The position numbers and the translations under genes are program-made. A stretch of 64,000 nucleotides of DNA from NCBI RefSeq assembly GCF_004010195.1, contig NC_057720.1, positions 17,286,179 through 17,350,178 of the forward strand, given 5' to 3'. Source of the stretch: Chiloscyllium plagiosum (Eukaryota). The notes beneath the pieces are model-generated. The model was given only the letters and a program-made list of their open reading frames with translations. It was not told where the DNA came from and did not search any database. Below are positions 1-11,903 of the stretch, one piece after another (the first letter of the stretch is position 1; every line of letters starts with the position of its first letter).

Positions 1-170
1 CAGTTGGAAATGAAGAGGTCGAGGGCAGGTAATAGGCCAGCGCGGGGTGTCCAGGTGGATGCAGTGTGTTGGAGGTGGGCGAAGGGGTCCTCGGAAGGTG
101 GGCGGGGGTCCTGATTGTGAAAGTAAGCTCGGAGGCAGAGGCGACGGAAGAAGTGTTCGATGTCAAGGCG
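1..170 (-). mobile_element. Penelope-like retroelement ORF fragment (N-terminal region), cut by the window edge
   Basis: - strand reads RLDIEHFFRRLCLRAYFHNQDPRPPSEDPFAHLQHTASTWTP..ALDLFISN, resembling the pre-RT region of vertebrate PLE ORFs (F.RRLRL..YF and S.WTP motifs). Confidence 0.65.
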
Positions 171-171
171 T

Positions 172-1270
172 CCATTTTTCACTTATAGTCCCCACAAAAT
201 TACTGTTCCTTGATCTGACTCAGCTCTATTATTTTACTTTGTAATTATCTCCATTTCAACTCCTGATAAATTTGGTGACCAAACCACCAATGGGAGAAAG
301 TGAGGACTGCAAATGCTGGAGATCAGAGTTAAGAGTGTGGTGCTGGAAAAGCACAGGTCAGGCAGCATCAGAGGAGCAGGAGAATCAACATTTCGGAGAT
401 AAGCTCTTCATCAGGATGCCCAAAACGTTGATTCTCCTGTTCCTCGTATGCTGCCTGACCTGCTGTGCTTTTCTAGCACCGCACTCACAACCAAACTACC
501 AACATCTACTTGAAGAAATGGATTAGAGACAAACATGACATTTTCGATCAAATGGAAATTCCTGAAATCACCTTTTGAATTCTTCTTAATATCCTCAGGC
601 ATGCACAGTAATTTTGTGGGTGGATCCATTTTTCTTTACTTTTGTGACTCAGGAAATGTTGCAGCATTTTCTTTTATTGATAGGACCACTGACCTAGTTT
701 TAATTTTAATGCATTTACAGTTATGGATGTGCTAAATCTCTGGCCTTTCCCCGCAGTTCAGAATTTAGGTTTCATGTCATGTCTTTAAGGGATTTGAAGT
801 TCAACAACCAATCGTTATCTGACAACTCACTGGACATTTCATTCCTTGATTTAAGAAAAGTGCCAATTTAAGGCATCATATCTTAAAAAAACAACTTTGT
901 AGGACCTTCCCTCACACCAACATTGTTAGTTCACAGTCGGCAACATTAAGCTTGTTGAGTAAGGATTTAAACAAGTGGTATTGAATGGCTTTTGCTCCTA
1001 TCCAGTTTACAATCTTAATGACAACTTACGTTACATGTGAAGGTCATAACTTTATTCACTAATGCTTTCTAGTGGGTTATGGGAAAGAGGGGAAAATCAG
1101 GATCATTTCTGTAAAATGCAATAAAGCCTACATTTGTACCAAGCGTGGTTGGTGCACCAGTTGTGGTGGAAACCAGTTCCTTAACTGTTGTGTTTCTCTC
1201 AAGCATGGATGTTTTGAATTTGTTGCAAGTATCATCGCTTCTCATTGTCTTTTTTAAAAGGGGCAAAATG
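172..1270 (-). mobile_element. Decayed hAT (Charlie/Buster, GTF2IRD2-like) transposase relic
   Basis: Colinear - strand peptides: LVSTTTGAPTTLGTNVGFIAFYRNDPDFP (cf. SITTDGAP), VVIKIVNWIGAKAIQYHLFKSLL, ELSDNDWLL, NLNSELRGK, VMFVSNPFLQVDV, GVEMEIIT. Contains stops and frameshifts, and is interrupted at 291-489. Confidence 0.75.
291..489. mobile_element. Fold-back mini-insertion built from two inverted Penelope-like termini
   Basis: Arms gctggaaaagcacaggtcaggcagcatc / tgctgcctgacctgctgtgcttttctagc. Flanking direct repeat accaaacYaccaa at 278-290 and 490-502. Confidence 0.8.
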
Positions 1271-1274
1271 CCGA

Positions 1275-1560
1275 GAAGGACATTTCTGACAATATCTTAC
1301 AAACCTGCAACCTCTACCAACTAGAAGAACAAGTGAAGTAAATGTATAGGTACACCACGACCTACACATTCCCTTTTAAGCCAGACACCACCCCGATTTG
1401 GAACTTTATCACTGTACCTTCACTATCACTGAGTCAATAACAGTATTGTAGAGTTAGACTGTGTCAGTTCAAGGCGGCAGCTAACTACCACCTTCCCCAG
1501 TACAATCAGGGATGAGGACTAAATGTTAGTTTAACCAGCAATCCCATGAACAAAACAAAA
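1275..1560 (+). mobile_element. 3' tail fragment of an old L2/CR1-group LINE
   Basis: Shares the tail motif gttcaagR.ggcagct.ac.accacctt...agggatg with 4240-4305, 20440-20500, 31250-31280 and 45830-45880. Confidence 0.55.
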
Positions 1561-2979
1561 AAATGGAATAAATTGTGAAGCAGGCTCAATGCCTGCTCTT
1601 AATATTCCTAAATATGAAAGAGGGAAAAAGGCAGAAACAGAAAACCAATGGGTTTTGACTGCTAGCCAAAATCCAGCCCCAAGATCTAGAGACACAAACA
1701 AAAAAGAAATTGCTGGAAAATCTCAACAGGTCTGACAGCATCTGTGGAGACAAAAAGTTAACCTTTCAGATTCAGTAATACTTCAAGATTTAGAGCATAT
1801 TTTCCCTTTAAAAAAAGGCATATTTACAAATTTAAGAATTGCATTCTGGTTCTGTTCCAAACCCTGAAATACAGTGACAACATTTGGGCCATAATTATAC
1901 CTTGCTTCTTATTTCAACAGTGTGCCCTGAAAAAATCTTGCACCTTCTAGAAATTGCTTTGGTTTGTTTCTCAGCTTTAAAATACAGAATTATTAAAAAT
2001 AAAAGATGTGGTCTTCAGTTTTTTTTTCTTCCCTAAACAAGTTAATTATTTAATGAAAGGTTACTGCATAGGCGATTGCACCCAATCTCTGTCCCATCAT
2101 TTCCAATCATTTGTAAAAGTTTGTAGATTGTTGCACAAGATTATTTTCATTAAAATAACATACAGCATAATATTAGACTGTTTATATAATTTTTATTATG
2201 GGTAACATCCATAACACCTAATTTCATTTTAGGTCAATATGGATATTTTTATGGATAAATTGATGCGTTGAGTTTCAATTTACAAGTTAACAGAGTCTGC
2301 TGAAGTGCTGACTTTTATTTATTTTAGTAATCCCTCTCACTTCCCCTTCTTTCCGTTCCAGGCATAAGGCACCTTGGTATTGTGATGGCATGGATGCCAA
2401 GATAATCAAACACAAATCTGATGTTAGCAGAGGTTTGGATTGAACTCTCGTATCTTACTTTATAACACAGAATACATTGAATGTATTATGCCACTATGCA
2501 GTTCCGTATCTTGTAACTTTTAATAGATTGGCTCTTGACTGCAGTCATGCTTGGATCTGCATAGAAATATTAAAAGCACAATCAAAAAAAAGTAAGGATG
2601 GAGAGTGTGGCTTGGAAAGAACTAGCATAATCTAATCAGTAATGATACATTATGTAGGAAACCTTAAGGACAGGTTTATGACATAACTCCCTTGACAAAT
2701 TTGAAGATAAAGTTAATAAATAATTGAAGAAGAAAAAGATCGAGAGGGATCATAGGTCAAATAGTTTGTGCTATAAATTTCTACAGTTCTTTAATATGTA
2801 GTAATGAGTTGAACCATGTTTGAGTTTTAGGAGGGAAGAGAGATTAAAAAAAGGTGGAAATACACAATTTGGAGGTCCTGCAAACATAATGCATCCTGTG
2901 ATGAGTCTTAATATACAAAAATGAAAATAGAGAAAAGAATTTTGAAACAGTTTCAAAACATCTGTAACAAAGTGCTCAC

Positions 2980-3040
2980 CTGCAGATACTCCACATAGCA
3001 ACACGATGAGCAATGTTGTTTGAATTCCATTTGAAGTCAT
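2980..3040 (-). CDS. tgfbr3: First coding segment (signal peptide MTSNGIQTTLLIVLLCGVSA|G), probably TGF-beta receptor type 3 (betaglycan)
   Basis: ATG at 3040 in a Kozak-like context (CGCACCATGA), 61 coding nt, then a strong phase-1 donor CAG|GTGAGC. Hydrophobic core ends VSA-G. Human TGFBR3 as recalled begins MTSHYVIAIFALMSSCLATA|G, with the same MTS start, same length, same intron position and a non-coding exon 1. An in-frame upstream ATG at 3073 would add 11 aa. Downstream exons lie outside the window. Confidence 0.68.
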
Positions 3041-3208
3041 GGTGCGAATAGAATGTAATAATTTGCTCTGCATTACACGTCCACTGACGATGCTTTTATC
3101 TTCTCCCACAGTCAAGTTGCTATGTCAATGGCAATATTTCACTACAGTAACTAAACTGCTCAGCAAGACAGAACGATTAAGACTTTTGATCTTCCTTCAC
3201 TCATAACC
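3041..3208 (-). other. tgfbr3: 5' UTR part of exon 2 (whole exon 2980-3208), with a 14-codon uORF at 3204-3160
   Basis: Acceptor with polypyrimidine tract TTTTTTGTTCTCCAG|GG at 3209/3208. Unique, non-repeat sequence. uORF MSEGRSKVLIVLSC*. Confidence 0.65.
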
Positions 3209-3529
3209 CTGGAGAACAAAAAATATAGAAAATAAAGGTACATGATTAGCTACATTTTATAATCCTAATGGGACTGTGCTTTGGTTCAGAGACAACAATC
3301 CCCCATAGATTGTGCAGGTGAAAGGCCACTCTGTAGTCCAACAGGTTCCACCCTGGTTTTGTTCAGGGATAAATAAGGGGTGTACACAGCCATGCTTAAA
3401 AAAGTAAGACACTGTACACCAAAAACAATAGACTGCAAGAAGAAATTAAATTTTAAAAAGGAACATTAACTGCCGTGAGGTTTATCACGTAAAAAACTTT
3501 CAAATGTGACAAATAGGTAAAATACATGA

Positions 3530-4305
3530 AAATATCATGGTGCAGCAAGATCTGGAAAACATCCAGGTCTGGGCTGACAAAACATTCATGCCACACCATT
3601 ACCAGGCAATTTGTCTCCAACAAAAAAAAATACAATCATCACCCATTAATATTCCAATGCGCTACTGTTGCTGAATTCCCACTTTCAACATTCGAAGGGC
3701 TACCATTTACCAGAAACGGAACTAGATTAGTCATAGAAATAGGATGACAAGAGCAGGTCAAAGGTTAGGAGTCTTGCAGCAATAACTCATCTCATGATTC
3801 CCCTGAAGCATGTCCACCAACAAGACATAAGTCAGGAGTGGGATATGGAATACTCCCCAATTGTTTTCGATGAGTGCAGTTCCAACAACATTCAAGATGC
3901 TTGACACCATCCAAGCCAAAGCAGCCTACTCGATTTCCATCGTATCCACAATATCCATTCTCTCCACCACCAACATTCAGTAACAACAGTGTGTACCATC
4001 TACAAGATGTACAACAAAAATTTACCAAGATTCCTTCGAACGCACCTTCCAAAACTTCAACTAATAACATTCAGAAAGACCATGGCAGCAGATATATGGG
4101 AGCACTTCCACTTACAAATTGCCTTCCAAGCCACTCACTATCCTGACTTGGAAATATATTCCCATTGTTTCACTGTCACTGGGTCAAAATCCTAGAAATC
4201 CCTTCCAATGGTATTGGGTGCTACCTACACCAAATGGACTGCAATGGTTCAAGAAGGCAGCTCACCACCACCACCACCACCACCTTCAAGAAAAGCTAGG
4301 GATGA
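3530..4305 (+). mobile_element. L2/CR1-group LINE RT C-terminus and 3' tail, decayed
   Basis: QQDLENIQVWADK-like RT segment. Colinear similarity to 19900-20500 and 30590-31300. Confidence 0.65.
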
Positions 4306-4369
4306 TCGGAGGCTATAATACTTAAGCATATCTTTATCTTTTCCTGTAAAATAAAGTTATACTAGACAG

Positions 4370-5040
4370 TCAATATGGCTTTGTCAAGGGCAGATCATGT
4401 CTGACAAATTTAATTGAGTTCTTTGACGAGGTGATACTGGCAGTGGGTGAGGGTATTACTGTGGATGTTGTATATCTTGGACTTCCAAAAGGCATTTGAT
4501 ATTGTACCACATGGCAATTAGCAAATCAGAAATGGTTGGGATTGGTGGATCCTTGGCAGCATGGATTAGAAGTTAGGAACGAGGATATCTCCAGACTAAA
4601 GAAATGAGCTGAGTTGAAAGCGGTGTTCCCCAGCAATCAGCGTTAGAACCCTTGTTTCTTCTTATTAATGAAAGATGTATTGGAATTTTAGATACCTGTG
4701 AAGGTTAGAGAAATTGGGCTTATCCTTCTTGGAGTAGAAAAGATTAAAAAGGTGACCTTAGTGAGTTGTCAAAATTGTACATAATTTTGAACATGGTAAA
4801 GAAGGATATTCTGATTTCACTAGTTAGGATGTCAGTAATAAGGGGTCACAATTTCAAGATTGTCAGCAAAAGAGCTAGGAGTAAGGAGAGGAGTAACTTC
4901 TTGGCTCAGCTGTTAGGATTTGGGATGTGCTTTCGAGGGCTATGTAGATAGGGTTGGAGAATGGGACTAGCTGGGTAGCTCTTTCAAGACTCAGTACAGG
5001 CACGATGGGTCAAATGACTTCCTTCTGTACCTGTTAAAAA
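4370..5040 (+). mobile_element. Old CR1 LINE ORF2/3' fragment
   Basis: QYGFVKGRSCLTNLIEFFDEV...VDVVY.DFQKAFD motifs, internally deleted. Confidence 0.75.
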
Positions 5041-5394
5041 TCACAAAATCATAGATTTTTGTCATATCTATGACCGTGGAAGCATTAGATAATATTCTCC
5101 TCCAACTTTGAAACATAGACAGCACCAAAAAAAGATCCATTTGACCAGGAATAGCCTTGTGAATTAGCACCAATGCAGAAAAAAAACCAAAGGCTGCAAA
5201 AAAAAAATTTGCAAGAACTGAACGTAAAACTGTTTTTGATAGACGTGTCAAGATTAGATTTAATCTGGAATTTTCCAGAAAGAAAGTATAATTTGCAGAA
5301 TAGATTCTAAACCCTTAACAGCTTCCAAGACAGCAATCCAATGCAACCACACCAAGAAAAACGTCCAAGATTACAGGTTACAAGATTACAGCTA

Positions 5395-5897
5395 TCATCG
5401 AGATGTACAGCATGGAAACAGACCCTTCGGTCCAACCCATCCATGCCGACCAGATATCCCAACCCAATCTAGTCCCACCTGCCAGCACCTGGCCCATATC
5501 CCTTCAAACCCTTCCCATTCACATACCCATCCAAATGCCTCTTAAATGTTGCAATTGTACCAACCTCCACTACTTCCTCTGGAAGCTCATTCCATACACT
5601 TACCACACTCTGCATGCAACAGTTGCCCCTTAGGTCTCTTTTATATCTTTCCCCGCTCACCCTAAACCTATGCCCTCTAGTTCTGCACTCCCCAACCCCA
5701 GGGAAAAAGAATAATGCCCCTCAATTTTGCAAATCTCTATCAGGTCACCCCTTAGCCTCCAACGCTCCAGGTAAAACAGCCCCAGCCTGTTTGGCCTCTC
5801 CCTATAGCTCAAATCCTCCAACTCTGGCAACATCCTTGTAAATCTTTTCTGAACCCTTTCAAGTTTCACAACATCTTTCTGATAGGAAGGAGACCAA
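5395..5897 (-). mobile_element. CR1 (HER1-type) LINE 3' end
   Basis: WSPSYQKDVVKLERVQKRFTRMLP...WNELPEEVVE...FKRHLDGY plus the HER1/HE1-type 3' UTR. Confidence 0.9.
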
Positions 5898-6026
5898 TCC
5901 AGATACCTTGTTCCTACATTGAGGGGCATAGGATCACAAATTCTCAAATAATCCCCAATCTCAGCCAGATTAAAAGAAATTCCCTCTCTCAGCAGAAAGA
6001 GTTCGCAATAAATCACATCCCATCTA

Positions 6027-6117
6027 TTCCTAATGAAGGGCTTTTGCCCAAAACATTGATTTTCCTGCTCCTCGGATGCTGCCTGACCTGCTCTGCTTTT
6101 CCACCACCACTCTGATC
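6027..6117 (+). mobile_element. Solitary Penelope-like 3' terminus with degenerate hammerhead
   Basis: ctaatgaagggcttttgcccaaaac...gatgctgcctgacctgct matches the 23244-23320 terminus. Confidence 0.7.
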
Positions 6118-6949
6118 CACACCCCATTTTTAGTCATATGGCCATCAACACAACGCACCAGCTTCTCCTTACCTATCAAACACTGCAACCCTAACTCCAT
6201 CAGAAACGGGGTCCAGAAACTAGGCCCCACCAATTACCCAATGAAGATGTCCACAATTAGAAAATCAGTGCACTGCCCTCCATTCCTCCCTACCAAGAAG
6301 CAAAAAACTACAAACTGGCACAAACCATATCACTGCCATCACATGGGTAGGAATGCTTTCTCGCAGACCTAAGTGGCATCCACACCCTTACACTCTCCCT
6401 CACCAATAAGAAAACAATTCTCCCTGCAAGCAATAACTCGATCAAGCATGGAACAAAACAGTCACTTCTATCTGATTTCCATCCCAGGTTACTTATATCT
6501 ATAATGAACACATATCAAGATCTTCAAAGATCCCCTGAACAGAATTGGAGAGATGTTCTGCACCATCCTCTTCCTCATCACCTCTCTCCCCTGGTCTTCT
6601 TCCTTTATTGATTTCCTTGTTGCATGTACCTACTTACCTCTTTGAGCAAAATTCAAATAACCTGTGAAAACAGCAATTTTTTTTCTGGGTATGATTATTT
6701 AACTTGGGTATTTCCCTTTGTAAACTACACTAAATAAAAAGCAAATTCTAGTTGTATCTCCTAATTCCTTTACTTGATTGCACTCTTACTCTCATCTTCC
6801 TAATTATTTTGGAACTCTTTTCCACAGGATTCAATTATCCCTATACTTCATTCTTATTTGATACAAATATTGCACTGATTTTTGATTTAGGATTAGTTAT
6901 ATAATCTTGCCTCAATACTTTGCAAATACTGACACAATAATTTAAGTTA

Positions 6950-7330
6950 GAAAGACATTGAATTTATACAACATTTTTCACATCCAAAAAGAGTTACATC
7001 TTGAAGTACAGTCACTGTTGTATGAACAAGTACTGCAGCCACATTGAGTAAAAAGAGTTAGTTTATGTTTGGTACTGTTTGTTGAGTGGAATGTTGTCCT
7101 GCATGCTAAGAGAATTTCTTACACTTCTTCAAATACTGTATAGGATCAGTTCCATCCAGTTGAACCAACAGAACAGACAGATGTATACACCCAGTTTAAA
7201 CTTCGTGAGGATAGTACCTCTAATAATGCAGCATTGCTGAAGAGCTGCATGAAGACATCAGGCTAACACATATACGCAAGTTCTGGCTCAGGGCTCCAGT
7301 GCATGCCAAGAAACAAAATTAGTGGAGCTG
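6950..7330 (-). mobile_element. Old Deu-domain-type SINE (SacSINE1-like), decayed
   Basis: Reverse-complement similarity to the SINEs at 21455-21810 and 50996-51230. Confidence 0.45.
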
Positions 7331-7677
7331 ACCTTTTTAATGTTGTCATTTATAAGCTAAGTAGAAAATACATAGTTGGCATGAATGCTATAATTCTTAG
7401 TTAAAAATCAAAAAGGATTGGAACATTTAGTCAGAAAACCACAGATCAGAAGTACCCAAATTCAACATTTCAGTTGATGAGTTTATCTTAACCCCAATGG
7501 GGTTCTAGGACTGGTCTCAAGTTGTCTCCTAATACCACTCACCCTGTACACATTGGGGGGGGGGTTAAATAAGGGGATGACTCTCTACAAGAAATCAACA
7601 CGGTATGACAGGTAAGAGGAAAGTTATAGGAACTGTTTAATAACGTACACATTTGAAAGTGATCATATAGAATTGCG

Positions 7678-10640
7678 GGAGTTCTGAATGTTCGCTGTGC
7701 TGGAAAGTTCATTTCCAGGGGTTTCGTCACCCTACTAGGTAACATCTTCAGTGGGCCTCCGAGCGAAGCACTGCTGATAATTCCTGCTTTCTATTTATGT
7801 GTTTGGGTTTCTTTGGGTTGGTGATGTCATTTCCTGGGTTTTTCCCCCCTCAGGGGGTGGTAGAAGGGGTCTAACTCGATGTGTTTGATGTTGGAATTCC
7901 AACTGGAACTCCATGCTTCTAGGAATTCTCATGCAGGTCTCGGTTTGGCTTGTCCTAGGATGGATGTGTTGTCCCAGTCAAAGTGGTATCCTTTCTTAAC
8001 TGTATGTAAGGATTCTAGTGAGAGAGGGTCATGTCGTTTGGTGGCTAGTTGATGTTCATGTATCCTGGTGGCTAGTTTTCTGCCTGTTTGTCCAATGTAG
8101 TGTTTGTTACAGTTCTTGCATGGTATTTTGTAAATGACATTAGTTTTGCTTGTTGTCAAGTTCATTAGCTGCTGTTTTAGTGTATCGGTGGGCTACCGTG
8201 ATGCCATGTGGTCCGAGTAGTCTGGCAGTCATCTCCGAGATGTCTTTGATGTAGGGGAGAGTGGCTAGGGTTTCTGGACATGTTTTGTCTGCTTGTTTGG
8301 GTTTGCTGCTGAGAAATCAGTTGACTGTGTTCAGTGGGTACCCATTCTTTTTGAATACACGGTATAGGTGATTTTCCTTTGCTCTGCATAGTTCCACTGG
8401 TGTTGCAAAGTGCGTTTGCTCGTTGAAATAATGTTTGATGCAGCTTCGTTTGTGGATGTTGGGATGATTGCTTCTGTAGTTCAATATATGGTCTGTATGA
8501 GTTATTTTCCTGTAGACGCTGGTTTGAAGTTCCCCATTGGCTGTTCGCTCTACTGTGACATCTAGGAATGGCAGTTTGTTGATGTTTTCCTCATCTTTAG
8601 TGAATTTTATGCCAATAAGGGTATTATTGATGGTCTTGAAGGTTTCCTCTAATTTGTTTCACTTAGTGATGACAAAAGGTGTCAACCACATAGCAGACCC
8701 AAAGTTTGGGCTGGATAGTAGGCAGAGCTGTGTGTTCGAGTCTCTGCATTACTGCCTCTGCTAAGAACCCTGATATTGGAGATCCCATGGATGTTCCGTT
8801 GGTTTGTCTGTAAGTTTTGTTGTTGAAGGTGAAGTGTGTGGTAAGGCATAGGTCCACTAGCCTGACAATTCTGTCCTTGCTGAAGAAGTTAGTGGTATAT
8901 GGTGTATGTGTCTTTGGGTCTTCTAATAGTGTAGTCAGTGTTTCCTTGGCCAGGTTAAATGCTGATTGATGTAAACAAGGCTGTTACATCAAAGGAGACC
9001 TTTATTTAATCCTCTTCTATCTTACTGTCTTTGATGGTCTTCAGGAATTCTTGGGTGGAGTGGATGGAGTGGCGTGAGCCTTCTATTAAGTGTTTTAGTC
9101 TTTGGTATAGCTCCTTGGCCGATCTGTAAGTTGCTGTTCCAGGTAGGGAGACTATGGGTCTGAGGTGGGCTCCTGATTTGTGAATTTTGGGAAATCATGT
9201 TTTTGGCAAGCGTGGGGTGTTGGATCGGTCTGGTTTCACTTTTTGGAAGTGGTCTTAATTTTCCAGAGTTCTGAAGCTTTTTTTTTGAGTAAGGCTGTGA
9301 TTCGGTTCTCTAGTTGTGGGACCAGGTCTATCGCCACTTGTTGGTAAACATTGGTATCTCGAAGTAGTGTGTTCGCTTTTTCAATGTAGTCTCTTCAATT
9401 TAGAAGGATTGTCAAGCATCCTTTGTCTGCAGGGAGGATAACAATGTTTTTTTTTAGTCTTTCCAGTGCTTTCCTTTCTTGTGTATGGAGTGTGTTTCCT
9501 TCCTTTTTTCTGCTTAATGTTGGTGCAACTACCTGTCTGATAGTTTGCTGGGTTTCTTCTTTAAGTTGGTTGTCTTTAGTGTCGTTTCTAATGCTGCTAA
9601 GAATTCCTGGGAGTTGTAAAGATGGCTTTTTCAGTGTCTGTTAAGAGTCGGTCAGATAAGTTTTTTTATCCATGCTTCTGTGTTGTCACTTTGTGTAAGT
9701 TTGTCTTGTTTTTTTCTGCATGTCTAGTTTTTCTTCTTTTTGTGTTTGCCTCTGTCCAATATCTATGGCCTATTGTACTGAGTCTGTCCATTCATGGTCT
9801 GTTGCACATGAGTAAGTAAAGATTTTTGGTGCAAAATTTCCCTGTTGTATTTACAGAGTCTGTTGTGAGCATCATTAATCATTTCTCTAAGCATTCTGCA
9901 GCTGTTTTGCTCTGCTATTCTTTTAATTAGTGGAGTGTTAAGGGGAGGTTTGTATTTAAGACATTTAGGTAGTCCCTGTTTCTTAGGCATTTGTGCAGGA
10001 AGTACAGCTGTTCACAGGTGGCACTCTGTCAGACGGCATTCATTTCCCATTTTCAGCCTATTGCACCCATAAGTCTTAAAGTTTTGAGATTTGTAGCTCA
10101 CGTCGAGGTTCTGGATGTAGGTTTACTTGCTGAACTGGAAGGTTCATTTCCAGGTGTTTCGTCACGCTGCTAGGAAACATCTTCAGTGGACTTCCGGGCA
10201 AAGCACTAATTATAATTCCTGCATTTTATTTATACGTTTGGGTTTCTTTGGGTTGATGTCATTTCTTTATCATGATCTCTTCATCATACAGATAAGGAAG
10301 GACACCACTTCGACTGGGGCAACACATTCATCCTAGGACTAGCCAAACAGACACACACGCGAGAATTCTGAAAAGCATGGCATTCCAACTGGAACTCTCT
10401 CAACAAACACATCGAGTTAGACCCCTTCTACAACCCCCTGAGAGAAACAGATCAGGAAATGACATCACCAACCCAAAGAAACCCAAACATATAAATAGAA
10501 AGCAGTGCTTTGTCCGGAGGCCCACTAAAGATGTGACCTAGTAGGGTGACGAAACGTCTGGAAATTAACCTTCCAGCTCACTGAGCAAACCTACATCCAG
10601 AACATCAACCTGAGCTACAAATCTTCTCAAAACTTGCTAA
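7678..10640 (-). mobile_element. Near full-length Penelope-like element (RT + GIY-YIG) with direct and inverted pseudo-LTRs; ORF disrupted
   Basis: GIY-YIG NVIYKIPCKNCNKHYIGQTGRKLATRIHEH (7929-8165). RT motifs YRQTNGTSMGSPISGFLA and W..YVVDTF (8663-8857). Terminal block 7680-7835 recurs directly at 10108-10265 and inverted at 10280-10640. Confidence 0.92.
7712..7753 (-). ncRNA. Minimal type I hammerhead ribozyme motif in Penelope pLTR (further copies at ~10150-10190 - and ~10522-10561 +)
   Basis: - strand CCA-CUGAAGA-U-GUUACC-UAGUAG-GGUGAC-GAAAC-CCC-UGG. The + copy has the intact GAAACGUC-UGG end but a mutated CUAAAGA core. Each copy has at least one defect. Confidence 0.65.
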
Positions 10641-11159
10641 TTGCTGGAGTGTTAGTCAGAATCACACCAATGCAATGAAACAAAAAGCAGGAAAGATGCA
10701 AGCATATTTATCATGAACTTAGTCATGCCACTACCGAGAAACATTGGGATTTATTTATTTTACAGAACAGATTATGGTAGCTTCATCCCCCAAAGTTTCA
10801 AACTGACAAGAATTTAAAAATTTAAAATTACTTTTAACTTACCCAATCAAAACAGGTTAAGTACACCAAAAAGAAAAACCTAAAACTATAACCTCCGCAT
10901 TTCATGCCTGTTGATCCAAAATTAGATCTTGGCTCTTTAGTTGTGAAAACATATTCATAATTTTATCAAAGGTCCAGCATACATTGAATACCTAATCGTA
11001 AGTAGTGGATAAGGAAAGATTTTTCTAAATTAAAATTGCACTTCAGGATTAACTTTGTTTCACTTTTGAATTATATTAGTTTTCAACTGAAGCACTGTGG
11101 CATGAAAAGAAGGAAACCAGTTGCCCAAGGGAGGCAGATGCTGGCCCAGAGAGAAAGGA

Positions 11160-11309
11160 GCTGAAAATGTGTTGCTGGAAAAGCGCAGCAGGTCAGGCAG
11201 CATCCAAGGAACAGGAGAATCGACGTTTTGGGCACAAGCCCTTCCTGAAGAAGGGCTTGTGCCCGAAACGTCGATTCTCCTGCTCCTTGGATGCTGCCTG
11301 ACCTGCCTC
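11160..11309. mobile_element. Fold-back Penelope-terminus mini-insertion (young)
   Basis: Near-perfect inverted arms centred at ~11244. Perfect 15-bp TSD cccagagagaaagga at 11145-11159 and 11310-11324. Confidence 0.85.
11245..11272 (+). ncRNA. Minimal hammerhead ribozyme core
   Basis: CUGAAGA-A-GGGC-UUGU-GCCC-GAAAC-GUC: conserved core, stem II and GUC cleavage triplet. Stem I is weak. Confidence 0.6.
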
Positions 11310-11664
11310 CCCAGAGAGAAAGGAATAATTTGAGGAATTCTCTCCTCAAATCTTTGCATGAGTACAATAATGACTGTGCAAGATTGAAACTGGCTACTTT
11401 CTTTGCTTTCCAAAAGCTTTCTTTCTCTGCTCTCAAATTACAACAATTGTTTTAACTGCTTCATGCTTACAAAACAAATGGATACAAAAACAAACTGTTC
11501 CCAGTTATCATTTAGTGTTGGTAAACTGCTATTCAGTAGCCAAAAATAAAGTAAGTGTTTAAATTAGCTAAGTAGATCGGATACAAATAAGTAATTAGGT
11601 ATTGTAGATAGACAAAAAAGGGACAGAAGTACAGATAGATAAATGTCATGCATTGAATTAATTA

Positions 11665-11903
11665 AAAATAGCTTTTAGATGATAGAATGATTTTTGAAAA
11701 TGTGTAGTGAATTATATGTAGAATGTTTTGCATCAATATTCAAAAATGGACTAACAGAAACTTAACTCTATTGGTTATCAAATGTCCAGCATACATTGCT
11801 TAGAGTTAAGTTTCTGTTAGTCCATTTTTGACTATTGATGCCAAACATTCTACATATAATTCACTACACATTTTCAAAAATCATTCTATCTAAAAGCTAT
11901 TTT
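11665..11903. repeat. Long inverted repeat (~105-bp arms, 30-nt spacer)
   Basis: 11665-11770 is the reverse complement of 11801-11903, with a few mismatches and one small indel. Confidence 0.95.

Noticed and set aside
2771..3115. 114-aa ORF as a single-exon gene
   Set aside because: Only 3073/3040-2980 is plausible coding sequence. The remainder reads through a strong splice donor into the intron.
4119..4325. ORF with a poly-His run
   Set aside because: A (CAC)n expansion in a LINE tail.
11665..11903. Hairpin as an established miRNA or MITE
   Set aside because: The arms are longer and more perfect than a typical pre-miRNA, no TSD or second copy is seen, and the loop has a local source.
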